NCBI GenBank assembly: GCA_034521595.1
Contig: JAXHMG010000003.1
Coordinates: 2,624,001-2,688,000, forward strand
DNA: 64,000 bases
Direction of reading: 5' to 3'
Source of the DNA: Gemmatimonadota bacterium
Lineage (GTDB): Bacteria; Gemmatimonadota; Gemmatimonadetes; Longimicrobiales; Gaopeijiaceae
The notes under the pieces were generated by a model. The model did no database searches and was not told the DNA's origin. It worked only from the letters and a program-made list of their open reading frames with translations. The position numbers were made by a program, and so were the translations under genes. Positions 8,865 to 18,067 of this stretch are shown here, piece after piece. Within the stretch, counting starts at the first letter, position 1. Each line of letters begins with the position of its first letter.

Positions 8865-10621
8865 GCGGAAGCCGCGAAGACCCTTCCTTGCCGAGCTTCA
8901 CCCTACCCGAGTCCATCCCCCCGATCGGACACGAGGAGCCTGACCTGGCCGTCGCGGCGCCCGGCGCGTCCAGTGCCTTCCGACTCGACGGAGCGCGGGT
9001 CTCCGTCCACGGGACCGCCAACGGTCCCGTGACCGACGTCTGGATCGACGGGACCCGGGTCGCGGCCGAGCTCGACGGATGGGAGGGAGCCGTCGCGAAC
9101 ACCGTGACGTCGCCCGGCCGGATGCGCCGGGAGCGCGTCGGCAGGGTAGGCTCCGCGGAAGAGGTGTTCCTGGTCCCGCCGAGCCTACCGTTCGCGGCCT
9201 TCCAGTGGACCGGATCCGGAGCGGCACCACTCCGGCTGCGAGCCTGGCCCGACGCACCCGGGGTTCGCTACCGAATCGAGGACCGCACGCTGACGCTGGC
9301 GGCCGACGACTCCGATCGGCTGCTCGTGGTGGGACTCATGTCCGGGTCCGGGCAGTGGACCGTGCAGGATCATGCGGAAGGGGACGGCGTGCTCCTGGTC
9401 GCGAACGGATCCACCGCGCCTCGTACGCTTCTCCTCGCGCTCGGAACTCCTGATGCGCTCCGGACCGCGATGCGCAGCGCACGGCTCCTTGCGACGCACG
9501 AAGCCCCCGCGACGACCGGACCGGGCGTGGGCACGATGCGACTGCGGACGGGCGTGCGGGAGCTCGACGACGCGGTTGCCTGGATGAGCGGAAGGCTGCG
9601 ACACGGCGTGACAGGCAGCGGAACCCGCGCCACGCCCGCGCCCCTGGATCAGCGGGCCTGGCTTTGGGCCGGCCTGGCGGCAACGGCGACGGGCGACGAA
9701 GAGAGCGCCGAGCGTTGCGCCTCGATCCTCGAGCGACTGGCACCGGACGAAGAAGGCGCTCTGCTCGCGGGATCGATCGGATTGGCCACGGGGAAGAGCG
9801 GCCGAGCCGTCACGTGCGCCGAGCGGTTGCTCGATCCGGAGCTACCGCCTCCGGCCCCCCACGCTCCGGGCGCGGAGATGTTGCGTCGCCTCGCGCGCCA
9901 CAGACTCGCCGACGCACTTCGGTACGCGGCTCCGGAGGAGGTCTTGAGCCGGCTGCGGGAGGAACCCGTAGCCAGGGGCGGCGTCGGCCTGCCCACCGTC
10001 GGAACCCCACCTCCGAACCCGCCGAGCCTCGAGTCCTGGATCCGCTCGCTCGTTCGAGACATGCGCGGTCGAGCCGTTGACCGTGAAGATGTCGGAAGGG
10101 CCCTTCGGGCCTGGGCGGACACCTACACGAACATCGACGCGGGATGGGCTTCCTGGCGGTCACATGTCGGCGAAGGGCTCACGAACGGGCATCACGGCAT
10201 TGCCGCTTGGGACGGGCTCGATCGGGCGGGCCCACCGGCCGTGACCGGGCTGCTCCTGGCCGGTATGGCCTACGGATGGCTGGGGAGCGAACCCGACGCC
10301 CCCGTCGGCAGGCTCCGCTTGGCCCCCCGGATCCCCACACACGTCACGAGGTTCCACGTTTCGGGCATCCCCATCGGTGACGCTCGCGTCGCCCTGGCTT
10401 ATGAGCGGACGAACGGAACCTACCGGTTCGAGCTCGAGGTGGAACGGGGACGGGTGCCTCCCCTGGTCGCATTCGAGCCGACCCTCGGGTGCCGGGTGGA
10501 GCGGGTGCGTGTGGACGAAGCGCCGGCGGACCCCGAGATCACCCTTTCGGGAACGGGCACCACCATCCGGCTCCAGACCCCGCTCGACGCGAAGCGACGG
10601 ATCGAAGTCGACGCACGCTGA
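8861..10621 (+). CDS. Hypothetical protein with glycogen-debranching/alpha-barrel glycosidase-like C-terminus (probably degenerate)
   Basis: GTGA coupling to upstream gene; GWLGSEPDAPVGRLRLAPRIP resembles C-termini of amylo-alpha-1,6-glucosidase-like proteins. Confidence 0.45.
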   Translation: MSGSREDPSLPSFTLPESIPPIGHEEPDLAVAAPGASSAFRLDGARVSVHGTANGPVTDVWIDGTRVAAELDGWEGAVANTVTSPGRMRRERVGRVGSAEEVFLVPPSLPFAAFQWTGSGAAPLRLRAWPDAPGVRYRIEDRTLTLAADDSDRLLVVGLMSGSGQWTVQDHAEGDGVLLVANGSTAPRTLLLALGTPDALRTAMRSARLLATHEAPATTGPGVGTMRLRTGVRELDDAVAWMSGRLRHGVTGSGTRATPAPLDQRAWLWAGLAATATGDEESAERCASILERLAPDEEGALLAGSIGLATGKSGRAVTCAERLLDPELPPPAPHAPGAEMLRRLARHRLADALRYAAPEEVLSRLREEPVARGGVGLPTVGTPPPNPPSLESWIRSLVRDMRGRAVDREDVGRALRAWADTYTNIDAGWASWRSHVGEGLTNGHHGIAAWDGLDRAGPPAVTGLLLAGMAYGWLGSEPDAPVGRLRLAPRIPTHVTRFHVSGIPIGDARVALAYERTNGTYRFELEVERGRVPPLVAFEPTLGCRVERVRVDEAPADPEITLSGTGTTIRLQTPLDAKRRIEVDAR

Positions 10622-10633
10622 GACGGACCCGGC

Positions 10634-10876
10634 TCAGTGCCGCCGCTTTCTACCCTTCACCTTGGGTGGGGCGACGCTCTCGTCGAGGTATCCGTGCTCG
10701 ATGAGCAGCTGATAAAGGCGCGTCTCGCGCTCGGGTAGCTGCGTCTTCGCGACTTCGCGGGCGAACTCCACACGGTGGATTTCCGACATATCGTCGAGGA
10801 TCGCGATCGGAGCGCCGTAACGCAAAAGGATGCGCTTCGCGTCGACGGTTACGGGATCACTCACGATACCCACCAT
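10634..10876 (-). CDS. Small hypothetical protein with basic C-terminal tail
   Basis: AGG before ATG, helical composition, tail PPKVKGRKRRH; fills the gap after apaG. Confidence 0.6.
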   Translation of the reverse strand: MVGIVSDPVTVDAKRILLRYGAPIAILDDMSEIHRVEFAREVAKTQLPERETRLYQLLIEHGYLDESVAPPKVKGRKRRH

Positions 10877-10951
10877 CCTGCTTGCGAGGGGGATGTTATA
10901 GCTGAAAAACGAGGAAACATAACATGTTACGTGTCCGGCTCCAACGCGCCC

Positions 10952-11389
10952 TCAGTGCATCGCGGGCTCGTTCTCTCCGTCCTCGTCCGGCTCGACGAGC
11001 CCCGAGGGCACCACCAGTGGTCCGTTCAGGTGGAAGCGGGGAACCTCCACCCGAAACCTTTCTCCCGTGGGCCGCGCGAAAGTGTAATACCCTTCCATGT
11101 AGCCCGCCGGTGAGCGGAGCACGCAATAGCTCCGGTACTCGTGAGCGTCTCCGGGCCGCAGGCAGGGCTGCTCTCCGACCACGCCCTCGCCGTCGACCTC
11201 CGCGTCCTCACCCACGGAGTCGTGGATGAGCCAGTGGCGAAAGAGGAGCGTCGCGGGCGTTTCCCCCTCGTTCTCCATGCTGATGTGGTAGGAGAAAACG
11301 AAAGTCCCGTCGGCCGGATCGGAGTCCGCCAGGGAGAAACGCGGGCTCACCTGTATCTTGATGCCCTGGGTGGCTCTCTCGTATTGCAT
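10952..11389 (-). CDS. apaG: ApaG domain protein
   Basis: LLFRHWLI..EVDGEGVVGEQP..YRSYC..GYMEGYY; start at MQYERAT. Confidence 0.9.
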   Translation of the reverse strand: MQYERATQGIKIQVSPRFSLADSDPADGTFVFSYHISMENEGETPATLLFRHWLIHDSVGEDAEVDGEGVVGEQPCLRPGDAHEYRSYCVLRSPAGYMEGYYTFARPTGERFRVEVPRFHLNGPLVVPSGLVEPDEDGENEPAMH

Positions 11390-11414
11390 GAAGATCCCGT
11401 CGGAGTTCGAAAGA

Positions 11415-11915
11415 TCACAGTCGCTCGATGACGACTGTATGCGTATTACCCGACGAGAAGAGAATCGAGCCTCCGAGGAACTGGGAGACCGCGTTGTTGA
11501 GGTCGTCGGCATCGGTCGTCACCGACACCGCGATCAGGGCCTGAGTCGTGGGGTCACCCGGGAGCCCGCTCGGAAAGTCCAACCGCTCGTAATCCAACTC
11601 GTAGCCGTTACCCTGGAAGGTGAAGCCGTCGGGCAGGTATTCCACGAGCCCGGGCGGGACCACACCGGCGTTCGTATCCGCGGGCCAACGAAGGCTGTCC
11701 GCCTGGAACTGCGCGGCGGCGATCCGCACGACATCGACATCCGCCGCGACCTCCGTCGCTCGCGCCCGCATGACGACCGTGCGCATGTTCGGGATCGCGA
11801 GGCCCGCGAGGATCCCGATGATCGATACGACGACCAGCAGCTCGACCAACGTGAAGCCGCCGTCGGCTCGCTTCGAACGCATCCGTCGCACATCGACGCT
11901 TCGCTGCACGCTCAT
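11415..11915 (-). CDS. Type IV pilin/pseudopilin with prepilin cleavage-methylation motif
   Basis: G|FTLVELLVVVSIIGILAGLAIP; ATGA-coupled to the upstream gene. Confidence 0.85.
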   Translation of the reverse strand: MSVQRSVDVRRMRSKRADGGFTLVELLVVVSIIGILAGLAIPNMRTVVMRARATEVAADVDVVRIAAAQFQADSLRWPADTNAGVVPPGLVEYLPDGFTFQGNGYELDYERLDFPSGLPGDPTTQALIAVSVTTDADDLNNAVSQFLGGSILFSSGNTHTVVIERL

Positions 11916-12430
11916 CCCCCTCGGACTCTCGCGCCCAGGTTGAGCTCGGCGGCCCAGTCGGCCAGGGATTCCGTCGAGTCGTACACGACCGTCTCCTCTC
12001 CGACCGAGCCGACCAGCTGATAGTCGCCGCCTCCTCGCACGAAGTACTCGACGCCGTTGCCGGTGTTGACGCCGGTGTCTTCGAGCTGTTCCGGCAAGCT
12101 TCCGTTCTCGGCTCGGTACGCTTCGATCTGGGACGCGGTGACGTACATCGCGGTACGTAGGCCCAGGAGCTGCTCCTCCGGCGGAGGTGGCTCGATCGGG
12201 TTGAGCACGACCCACGCCGGCGGAGCGATCAGGAGGTAGACCGCGAGCACCCCGAGGTTGATGCCCAGGGGCAGCATCCACTTGGATTGCGACCGCCGCT
12301 TCTGCTTCGCGCGAGAGGCTTCGTCCCGCTGCGCCGCATGCTGGAGCACCTCCGCCAGGGTATCGGCCGTCTCCTTGCCGGAGCCGACGTCCTTGGCATG
12401 GTACGGCCGAACCTCGTCCTGATCGCTCAT
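11912..12430 (-). CDS. Single-TM hypothetical protein with pseudopilin-like helix
   Basis: TM helix followed by QIEAYRAENGSLPEQL (GspG-like); paralog at 59137-59631. Confidence 0.7.
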   Translation of the reverse strand: MSDQDEVRPYHAKDVGSGKETADTLAEVLQHAAQRDEASRAKQKRRSQSKWMLPLGINLGVLAVYLLIAPPAWVVLNPIEPPPPEEQLLGLRTAMYVTASQIEAYRAENGSLPEQLEDTGVNTGNGVEYFVRGGGDYQLVGSVGEETVVYDSTESLADWAAELNLGARVRGG

Positions 12431-12592
12431 CGACGGTGGAATGAATGCTCGGAATGGGAGAGGAGTCCGACAGCCGGCGCACCGACCGACCCCGTGATGA
12501 TATCCGTGATCGCCTCACGGGGACAGATGTTCGAAGGGATCGCCGGAGCCGACGCACTCGACGGTGTTCGCGGCGTGACCTAACTTCGAAGC

Positions 12593-13270
12593 ATGAGCAG
12601 CCGCGCGCTATCCCGGTCGGAAGAGGACTACCTGAAGGCCATATACGGCCTTTCCGAGTCCGGTGACCCCGCCTCCACCACCGCGATCGCAACGGTTCTG
12701 GACATCCAGCCGGCGTCCGTGACGGGAATGATCAAGCGCATGGCGGAAACCGGGCTCCTCGAGCACATCCCCTACCGTGGCGTCCGGCTCACCGGTCGGG
12801 GCACGAAGGAAGCGCTCCGGGTCCTCCGCCGACACCGGATCCTGGAAACCTACCTGTGCGAACGGCTGGGCTTCTCGTGGGACGATGTGCACGCGGAAGC
12901 CGAGCGTCTCGAGCACGCGGCGTCCGACAGGCTAATCGAGCGGATGGCGGCCGCGTTGGAATTTCCCCACTACGATCCCCACGGCGCACCGATTCCCACA
13001 AAGGGCGGAAAGATCGAGCCGGCCGACCCCGCCACACTCGCCGACGCACGCAGGGGTGACCGCGTCAGGGTGCGCGCGGTACGCGACGAGGATGGCGAGA
13101 CGCTTCGCTTGATCGCCGACGAAGGTCTGCTCCCGGGTGTCCGGGTCGAGATCCGGGAGCGGCGTCTGGGAGAGGGCGCGATCGCCGTGAGCCTGGGGGA
13201 AGACACCGCGGTCCGGTCCATCGAGCGCGAGCTCGCCCGCCAGATCTACGTGGTGCCGGACGAAGACTGA
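12593..13270 (+). CDS. DtxR/MntR family metal-dependent transcriptional regulator with FeoA domain
   Basis: EDYLKAIY, HRILETYL, VHAEAERLEH and DPHGAPIP motifs. Confidence 0.92.
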   Translation: MSSRALSRSEEDYLKAIYGLSESGDPASTTAIATVLDIQPASVTGMIKRMAETGLLEHIPYRGVRLTGRGTKEALRVLRRHRILETYLCERLGFSWDDVHAEAERLEHAASDRLIERMAAALEFPHYDPHGAPIPTKGGKIEPADPATLADARRGDRVRVRAVRDEDGETLRLIADEGLLPGVRVEIRERRLGEGAIAVSLGEDTAVRSIERELARQIYVVPDED

Positions 13271-13292
13271 GCATCCGCCACGGGCATGGCGC

Positions 13293-14255
13293 TCACGACG
13301 ACCCCCGACACGGTGGGAGCGCGGCGGCCGGACCCGAGGGACCCACGAATACTCCGAAGCGTCGCATGACGACGGACGCGAAGACCCCGGTACCGTCCCC
13401 CCGGACGCTGGGAACGCGGATCTGTCCGGACGGATTGAAGTTTCCACCCCGAGCCCAATCCACGTAGTTCCGGTCCGCCGCGCTGATGCCCACCGTCGCC
13501 TGAGTCCCCTCGGGAAGCCCTTGTTGAAGCCGCACGGTCAGGTCCTGGTCGAGGTCGAAGCGATCGAAGACGCCGAACTCGCCTGGAAAAACGATCGTCG
13601 TGTCCGATGCCGAGAGGGACAGCCCCAGCAAGTAGAGCTCGTCCGGCGCCTCGATTCCCTCGTCGCCGAGCGCCACGTCCAGGCCGTCGATGCGGGTCTC
13701 GTTCACGTACGCACGCGCACCGTCGGATGGCGTCCAACGGACCTCGAACGGAGTGTTCGGCGGAAGGGCACAGTCGGACGCTTCCCCCTCGACCCGGAAC
13801 GTCCCGGGGATGCGGGTGCGACCCTCCAGCGTGCGTCCGTCCGGCAGACGGACATCCAGCTCGAGCTCGTCCCCGCTCCTCAGACCGACCGCCGCGACCC
13901 CGGCGTCGTAACACACGCCCGGACGCTCACGGCGGGGGTCGCTCACGCACTCGTCGAGCTCGGCGCGCTCGAGGCGAAACCGGACGCCGTCCGCGGGTCG
14001 CCTCACGGTCACGCTCGCGCGACGGAGCACGGACGGATCGCCCCCGGCCCCTCGTGTTCGTCCCAGAAAGACCCAGAGCCGGTTCTGTACCCCCGGGTCA
14101 CGGCCCGGCACGCCCACGAGCGCGTACGCCTCGGCGACGATCACGTCCTCCGCTTCGACGACGGTCACCTCCTGAAGCTCGCAGCCCATCAAGAGCAAAG
14201 CGCCTAAGCCTCCGAGGAGCATCCCTCGCCGAGTACACCGCCGGGAATTCGTCAA
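13293..14255 (-). CDS. Lipoprotein partner of the TonB-dependent receptor (DUF4249-like)
   Basis: Lipobox LLMGC, C-terminal SVRGDGTGVFAS; TTGA overlap with the receptor stop. Confidence 0.65.
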   Translation of the reverse strand: MTNSRRCTRRGMLLGGLGALLLMGCELQEVTVVEAEDVIVAEAYALVGVPGRDPGVQNRLWVFLGRTRGAGGDPSVLRRASVTVRRPADGVRFRLERAELDECVSDPRRERPGVCYDAGVAAVGLRSGDELELDVRLPDGRTLEGRTRIPGTFRVEGEASDCALPPNTPFEVRWTPSDGARAYVNETRIDGLDVALGDEGIEAPDELYLLGLSLSASDTTIVFPGEFGVFDRFDLDQDLTVRLQQGLPEGTQATVGISAADRNYVDWARGGNFNPSGQIRVPSVRGDGTGVFASVVMRRFGVFVGPSGPAAALPPCRGSS

Positions 14256-16633
14256 AACCGGACCTCCAAGCCCACCGTCGGCAGGACGGGGAACATCGAG
14301 ACCCCCGAGCGCACGGGAGGGTCGTCCTCGTAGTCGAAGGAGTAGAAGAGGACGTTCTTCTGGTTGTAGGCATTCACCAGGTTGACATAGGGGACGAGCG
14401 TGCCCCACGACTTCGTCATCGATTTCCTGAAGCTCAGATCGAGACGGTGGTAGGTGGGGTAGCGGGACTGGTTACGATCTCCCAGCTGCACCGCGAACCC
14501 GGGATCGAAGGATCCGTCGTCCCCGTCGGAGCCCGACCAGCGCAAGCGCCCGCCGTCGTCCACGAAGCGGGGCGTGTGGTAGGCGTACGTGCCTACCGGT
14601 CGGGTGAACGGCGTGCCCGTCCCCACGTTGAGGCGCACGCCCCCCTCCCACCCCCAGGGCGCCGGATAGCGGAGGACGAGGTCCATATCAAGGCGGCGAT
14701 CGAAGACCGGCGGGTAGGTGATCTCGGGGCGGGGCTCGACCGCCGAGAACGGGTCGGCGAAGGTGCGGTCGGCCTCGAGAAGGGACACCGCAAGCCACCC
14801 GGTCACGTCTCCGCGCTCACGCCTGAGGAAGAGATCCACGCCCCGAGAGGTTCCACGACCCTCGAGAATATCATCGAGCTCGTCGTTGGGGTCGTCCGCT
14901 GGATTGAACGCCACCACTCCGTCGAAGTCGCGCAGGTAGCCCTCCACCGACCAGAACCAGTTCGATCCGAGGTAACCCTCGACCCCGACCTGGAGCTGAT
15001 CCGAGACGAGGTGTGGAGCCCGGGCCCCCGCCAGGATCCAGATGTCGAGCCCGAGCGGGAGCTCCTCGTCCCGGAGCGAATGCAGGAACTGTGTATACCG
15101 GCCCGCGGCGACTTTCACCGCCGTCTCGCCCCCGCCCATGAAGCGCTTCAATGCCACCCGTGGCGAAACCGCCACGGTCGGGGACCCCGGGTCGGGAATC
15201 CAGGTGTCGGCTCGCACGCCGGACTCCAGCAGCCAGGCGTTCGGACGGCTCCACGTGGCCTTGAGGTACGATCCGACCAACGAACCGGTGCCCTCTCCTC
15301 CCGAGAACCGCGTCCCTCCGCTCACGAAGCGGTTGTCGTAGGCCATCCGCTCGAGGCCGACACCGGCGCCCACGCGCCATCGGGCAGTCGGCCGCGTGTC
15401 GAGATCCGCCCGGAGCTGAGCCTGCCGGATACGGCTCTGGAAATCCGTATCAGCGAAATCCGGGAACTGAAGGCCGGTCGCGAAACGGCTCATGTTGGCA
15501 TGGAGGCTCAGAGAGCCTCCGCCTCGGCGGGGATGGCGCCACCGAAGCCCCACGAGATCGTTGCCCCAGTCCCAATCCACCCGCAGGGGGAAGTCGTCCG
15601 CGTCGAGGCGGGTCAGGTCGAGCACGTCCCTGCCGGAATAGGCCGTCAACGTGAGCTGGTTTCCCGCCTGCGACCACCCCTCCAGAACAGTTTGAAAATC
15701 GGTGAGATGGTAGGGAAACTCGAACAACGGCTTGAGGAGCACGTCGAAGTACGAGCGTCGGGCGGACGCACGATACCGCACGCTCGACTGTCCCAACGCT
15801 TCCGCCGCTCCGGTGGGCAGCCCTCCGCCCACCGCGGCCCTGCTCGCGAGCAGCGAGAGCCCGGCATCCACCGAGGTGGCTCCGTCCCCCACGTCGCTTT
15901 CGATCTCGAGCACCGACGAAACCCGCCCACCATGCTCCGCGCCGAATCCTCCCGATGAAAGCTCGACCCGCTCGATCAGGTCGGCGTTGAAGACCGAGAA
16001 GAGACCGCCCAGGTGAAAGGGGCTGAAGATCGGCGCCCCGTCGAGGAGGATGAGGTTCTGGTCCTGAGAGCCCCCACGCACGTGGAACGAAGCGGAGAAG
16101 TCCGAAGTCGACACCACGCCCGGAAGGACTTCGATCGCGCGAACGGGGTCGGTCTCGGCGACTCCCGGGATGCCGCGCATCTGCGCCAGATCCATTTCAC
16201 GCACGGTCACCCCGGCGACTTCCTCGAACCGCGCGCGCTCGCGGCTCCGCTCCGCCTCCACGGAGAGCCCCTCGAGCTCGATGGCCCGGGCGGAAAGAGC
16301 GATCTCGAGATCCACCGTCTCCCCCGGCTCGACGTCGACGACCGACGTGTGTTCCGCGAACCCCAGCGCGGTCACCTCCAACGCATGAGCGCCCGCCGGG
16401 ACCGTGGGAAAGCGAAACGAGCCGAGCCGTCCGGATACGACGGAACGGGTGGTCCCGTCCGAGGCTTCGAGCCGCACCGCGGCTCCCACCACCGCCACGC
16501 CCTCACCGTCGTGAACCCGCCCCTGCACGATGCCGGCCTGGGCCGAGACGGCACCTCCCGACGGCCACACGCCCACCGCGAGAAGAACCACCACGACAGC
16601 TCCCGGGGTCCGGTATCGGGACCTCACGCACAT
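14252..16633 (-). CDS. TonB-dependent receptor with N-terminal carboxypeptidase-regulatory domain
   Basis: Signal peptide, plug motif VRGGSQDQNLILLDG, barrel ending YHRLDL...EVRF. Confidence 0.9.
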   Translation of the reverse strand: MCVRSRYRTPGAVVVVLLAVGVWPSGGAVSAQAGIVQGRVHDGEGVAVVGAAVRLEASDGTTRSVVSGRLGSFRFPTVPAGAHALEVTALGFAEHTSVVDVEPGETVDLEIALSARAIELEGLSVEAERSRERARFEEVAGVTVREMDLAQMRGIPGVAETDPVRAIEVLPGVVSTSDFSASFHVRGGSQDQNLILLDGAPIFSPFHLGGLFSVFNADLIERVELSSGGFGAEHGGRVSSVLEIESDVGDGATSVDAGLSLLASRAAVGGGLPTGAAEALGQSSVRYRASARRSYFDVLLKPLFEFPYHLTDFQTVLEGWSQAGNQLTLTAYSGRDVLDLTRLDADDFPLRVDWDWGNDLVGLRWRHPRRGGGSLSLHANMSRFATGLQFPDFADTDFQSRIRQAQLRADLDTRPTARWRVGAGVGLERMAYDNRFVSGGTRFSGGEGTGSLVGSYLKATWSRPNAWLLESGVRADTWIPDPGSPTVAVSPRVALKRFMGGGETAVKVAAGRYTQFLHSLRDEELPLGLDIWILAGARAPHLVSDQLQVGVEGYLGSNWFWSVEGYLRDFDGVVAFNPADDPNDELDDILEGRGTSRGVDLFLRRERGDVTGWLAVSLLEADRTFADPFSAVEPRPEITYPPVFDRRLDMDLVLRYPAPWGWEGGVRLNVGTGTPFTRPVGTYAYHTPRFVDDGGRLRWSGSDGDDGSFDPGFAVQLGDRNQSRYPTYHRLDLSFRKSMTKSWGTLVPYVNLVNAYNQKNVLFYSFDYEDDPPVRSGVSMFPVLPTVGLEVRF

Positions 16634-16957
16634 CCTCCATACTCAGGCGAGAAGGGGACCCGGCGCGCTCGTCCGCACGCCGGATTCCGCTCGAACAAAA
16701 AGTGGATACACGCGAAGCACGGCCGATGATCATTCGGAGCCGAGCTTCGGGGCCACGGTCCGGAAGAGCCCGAGCGGACCGGCACCGCGCCAACCCGCAC
16801 GCCGAGGACCCGTCCTCCGAGGAAGATCACTCCACACCGACGTCTCGGCGCGCCTCGCCGGCTCACGAGACGCTGGACACACCGCCCCCCCGAGCCATCA
16901 TTAGGGAGGCGGCACGAGGGACACGGCCGGGCGCCGCGGCGAACTTCAGGAGGCCCC

Positions 16958-17134
16958 TTGGATCAGATCATCGACTTCCTGCTCGCGCACCCGATCGTGC
17001 TCTTCCCGATCCTGGTGGTCGTGGCGATGGTCGTCTTCGCGCTTCTCAAGAAGCTGTTGAAGGTGGCCGCGGTGTTGGCGATCGCCGGGGTGCTCTACGT
17101 GTTGTTCTTCGAGTACTTCGGTCCGGGCCTCTGA
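16958..17134 (+). CDS. 58-aa two-TM small membrane protein (absent from ORF track)
   Basis: AGGAGG RBS, then TTG start; MDQIIDFLLAHPIVLFPILVVVAMVVFALLKKLLKVAAVLAIAGVLYVLFFEYFGPGL*; third codon positions mostly G/C. Confidence 0.75.
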   Translation: MDQIIDFLLAHPIVLFPILVVVAMVVFALLKKLLKVAAVLAIAGVLYVLFFEYFGPGL

Positions 17135-17183
17135 TGCCGGTGGGCGGGCGGGCGGCCGGCTGGTCCCCGACGGACCGCGGCCC

Positions 17184-17999
17184 TCAGAACGCGAGCCTCC
17201 GGGTGATGTTGAAGCCCAGACGCCACTCGTCCGGCGTGAACTCGGCCGCGCTCCCTCCCAGCACCTGACTCTGATTCATCCGGATCTGGTTCGTGAGCAC
17301 GACCTTGAAGAAGTGTCCGCGCGTCCGCAGCTCGACCCCGAACGTGCCGGTATCGAACTGCTGGCCCCGCCGCGCTTCGCTCACGATCCACTCCCCGAGG
17401 ATGTTCACGTTGGCCGTGAGGGCGACGTGCCCGTGGAGGCCGAGCACGAAGGCGTCGTCCGCCTCCACGTCCCGGATGCGGGGGTTGCGTAGATAGGTCG
17501 GCACGAGCCCCACGGCGGCACGCTCTCCGAGTCCCGCATCGAGCACGAGCTGGGCGTAGAGCTGCGCCTCGTTGTCTTCGGCGCCTTGCACGAGCGCCGG
17601 CGACGTATTCCACGCCACGGCCCCCTTTCCACCCAAGGCGAGCGGCAGCTCCTCGGAGCCACCACGCCACAGCCGCCCCTGCACACCCAACTCCAGGTTG
17701 TCCTCGAGATTACTCCGCGTGACGCCGACCATGGCCCGGTCGGAGACGGCGTAGGCGAGCCCGAGTCGATTGATGACCGGACCGTCGAGGCCCCACAGGG
17801 CCCCGGCCCCGTCCGCGACGCGCGGAGTGAAGCGGTGGGAGATCTCGAAAAGGAGATCACCCTGGGGCACGGTCGTGGCGGTGGGAAGGTTGGCGGCGTG
17901 GGAGGACTGGAACACCTGCCCGGCTCCGGAGACGGGGCTCCAGAGCGCGAACAGCAATACAGAAAAGACCGGAAGCCGACGGGTCATGAGCGCCTCCAA
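17184..17999 (-). CDS. DUF5777-like outer-membrane beta-barrel protein
   Basis: Signal peptide, FEISHRF, GHFFKVVLTN, C-terminal LGFNITRRLAF. Confidence 0.75.
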   Translation of the reverse strand: MEALMTRRLPVFSVLLFALWSPVSGAGQVFQSSHAANLPTATTVPQGDLLFEISHRFTPRVADGAGALWGLDGPVINRLGLAYAVSDRAMVGVTRSNLEDNLELGVQGRLWRGGSEELPLALGGKGAVAWNTSPALVQGAEDNEAQLYAQLVLDAGLGERAAVGLVPTYLRNPRIRDVEADDAFVLGLHGHVALTANVNILGEWIVSEARRGQQFDTGTFGVELRTRGHFFKVVLTNQIRMNQSQVLGGSAAEFTPDEWRLGFNITRRLAF

Positions 18000-18067
18000 T
18001 ACGCGGGGTACACGGTTTCGTCACCCCTCAAAGCTCAGTCTTGAAAGCTTGAAGCGCTACCGCGCCG

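Noticed and set aside
12566-12584. Possible DtxR/MntR operator (GTTCGCGGCGTGACCTAAC) before the regulator
   Set aside because: Only weakly palindromic; cannot be supported without comparative data.
11415-12692. 425-aa ORF as listed in the track
   Set aside because: Its N-terminal part overlaps two better-supported genes; only the prepilin from 11915 is credible.
13607-15958. Long antisense ORFs (783 aa here, also 45551-47572 and 49116-50723)
   Set aside because: Shadow ORFs typical of high-GC coding DNA, opposite motif-bearing genes and without recognisable motifs.
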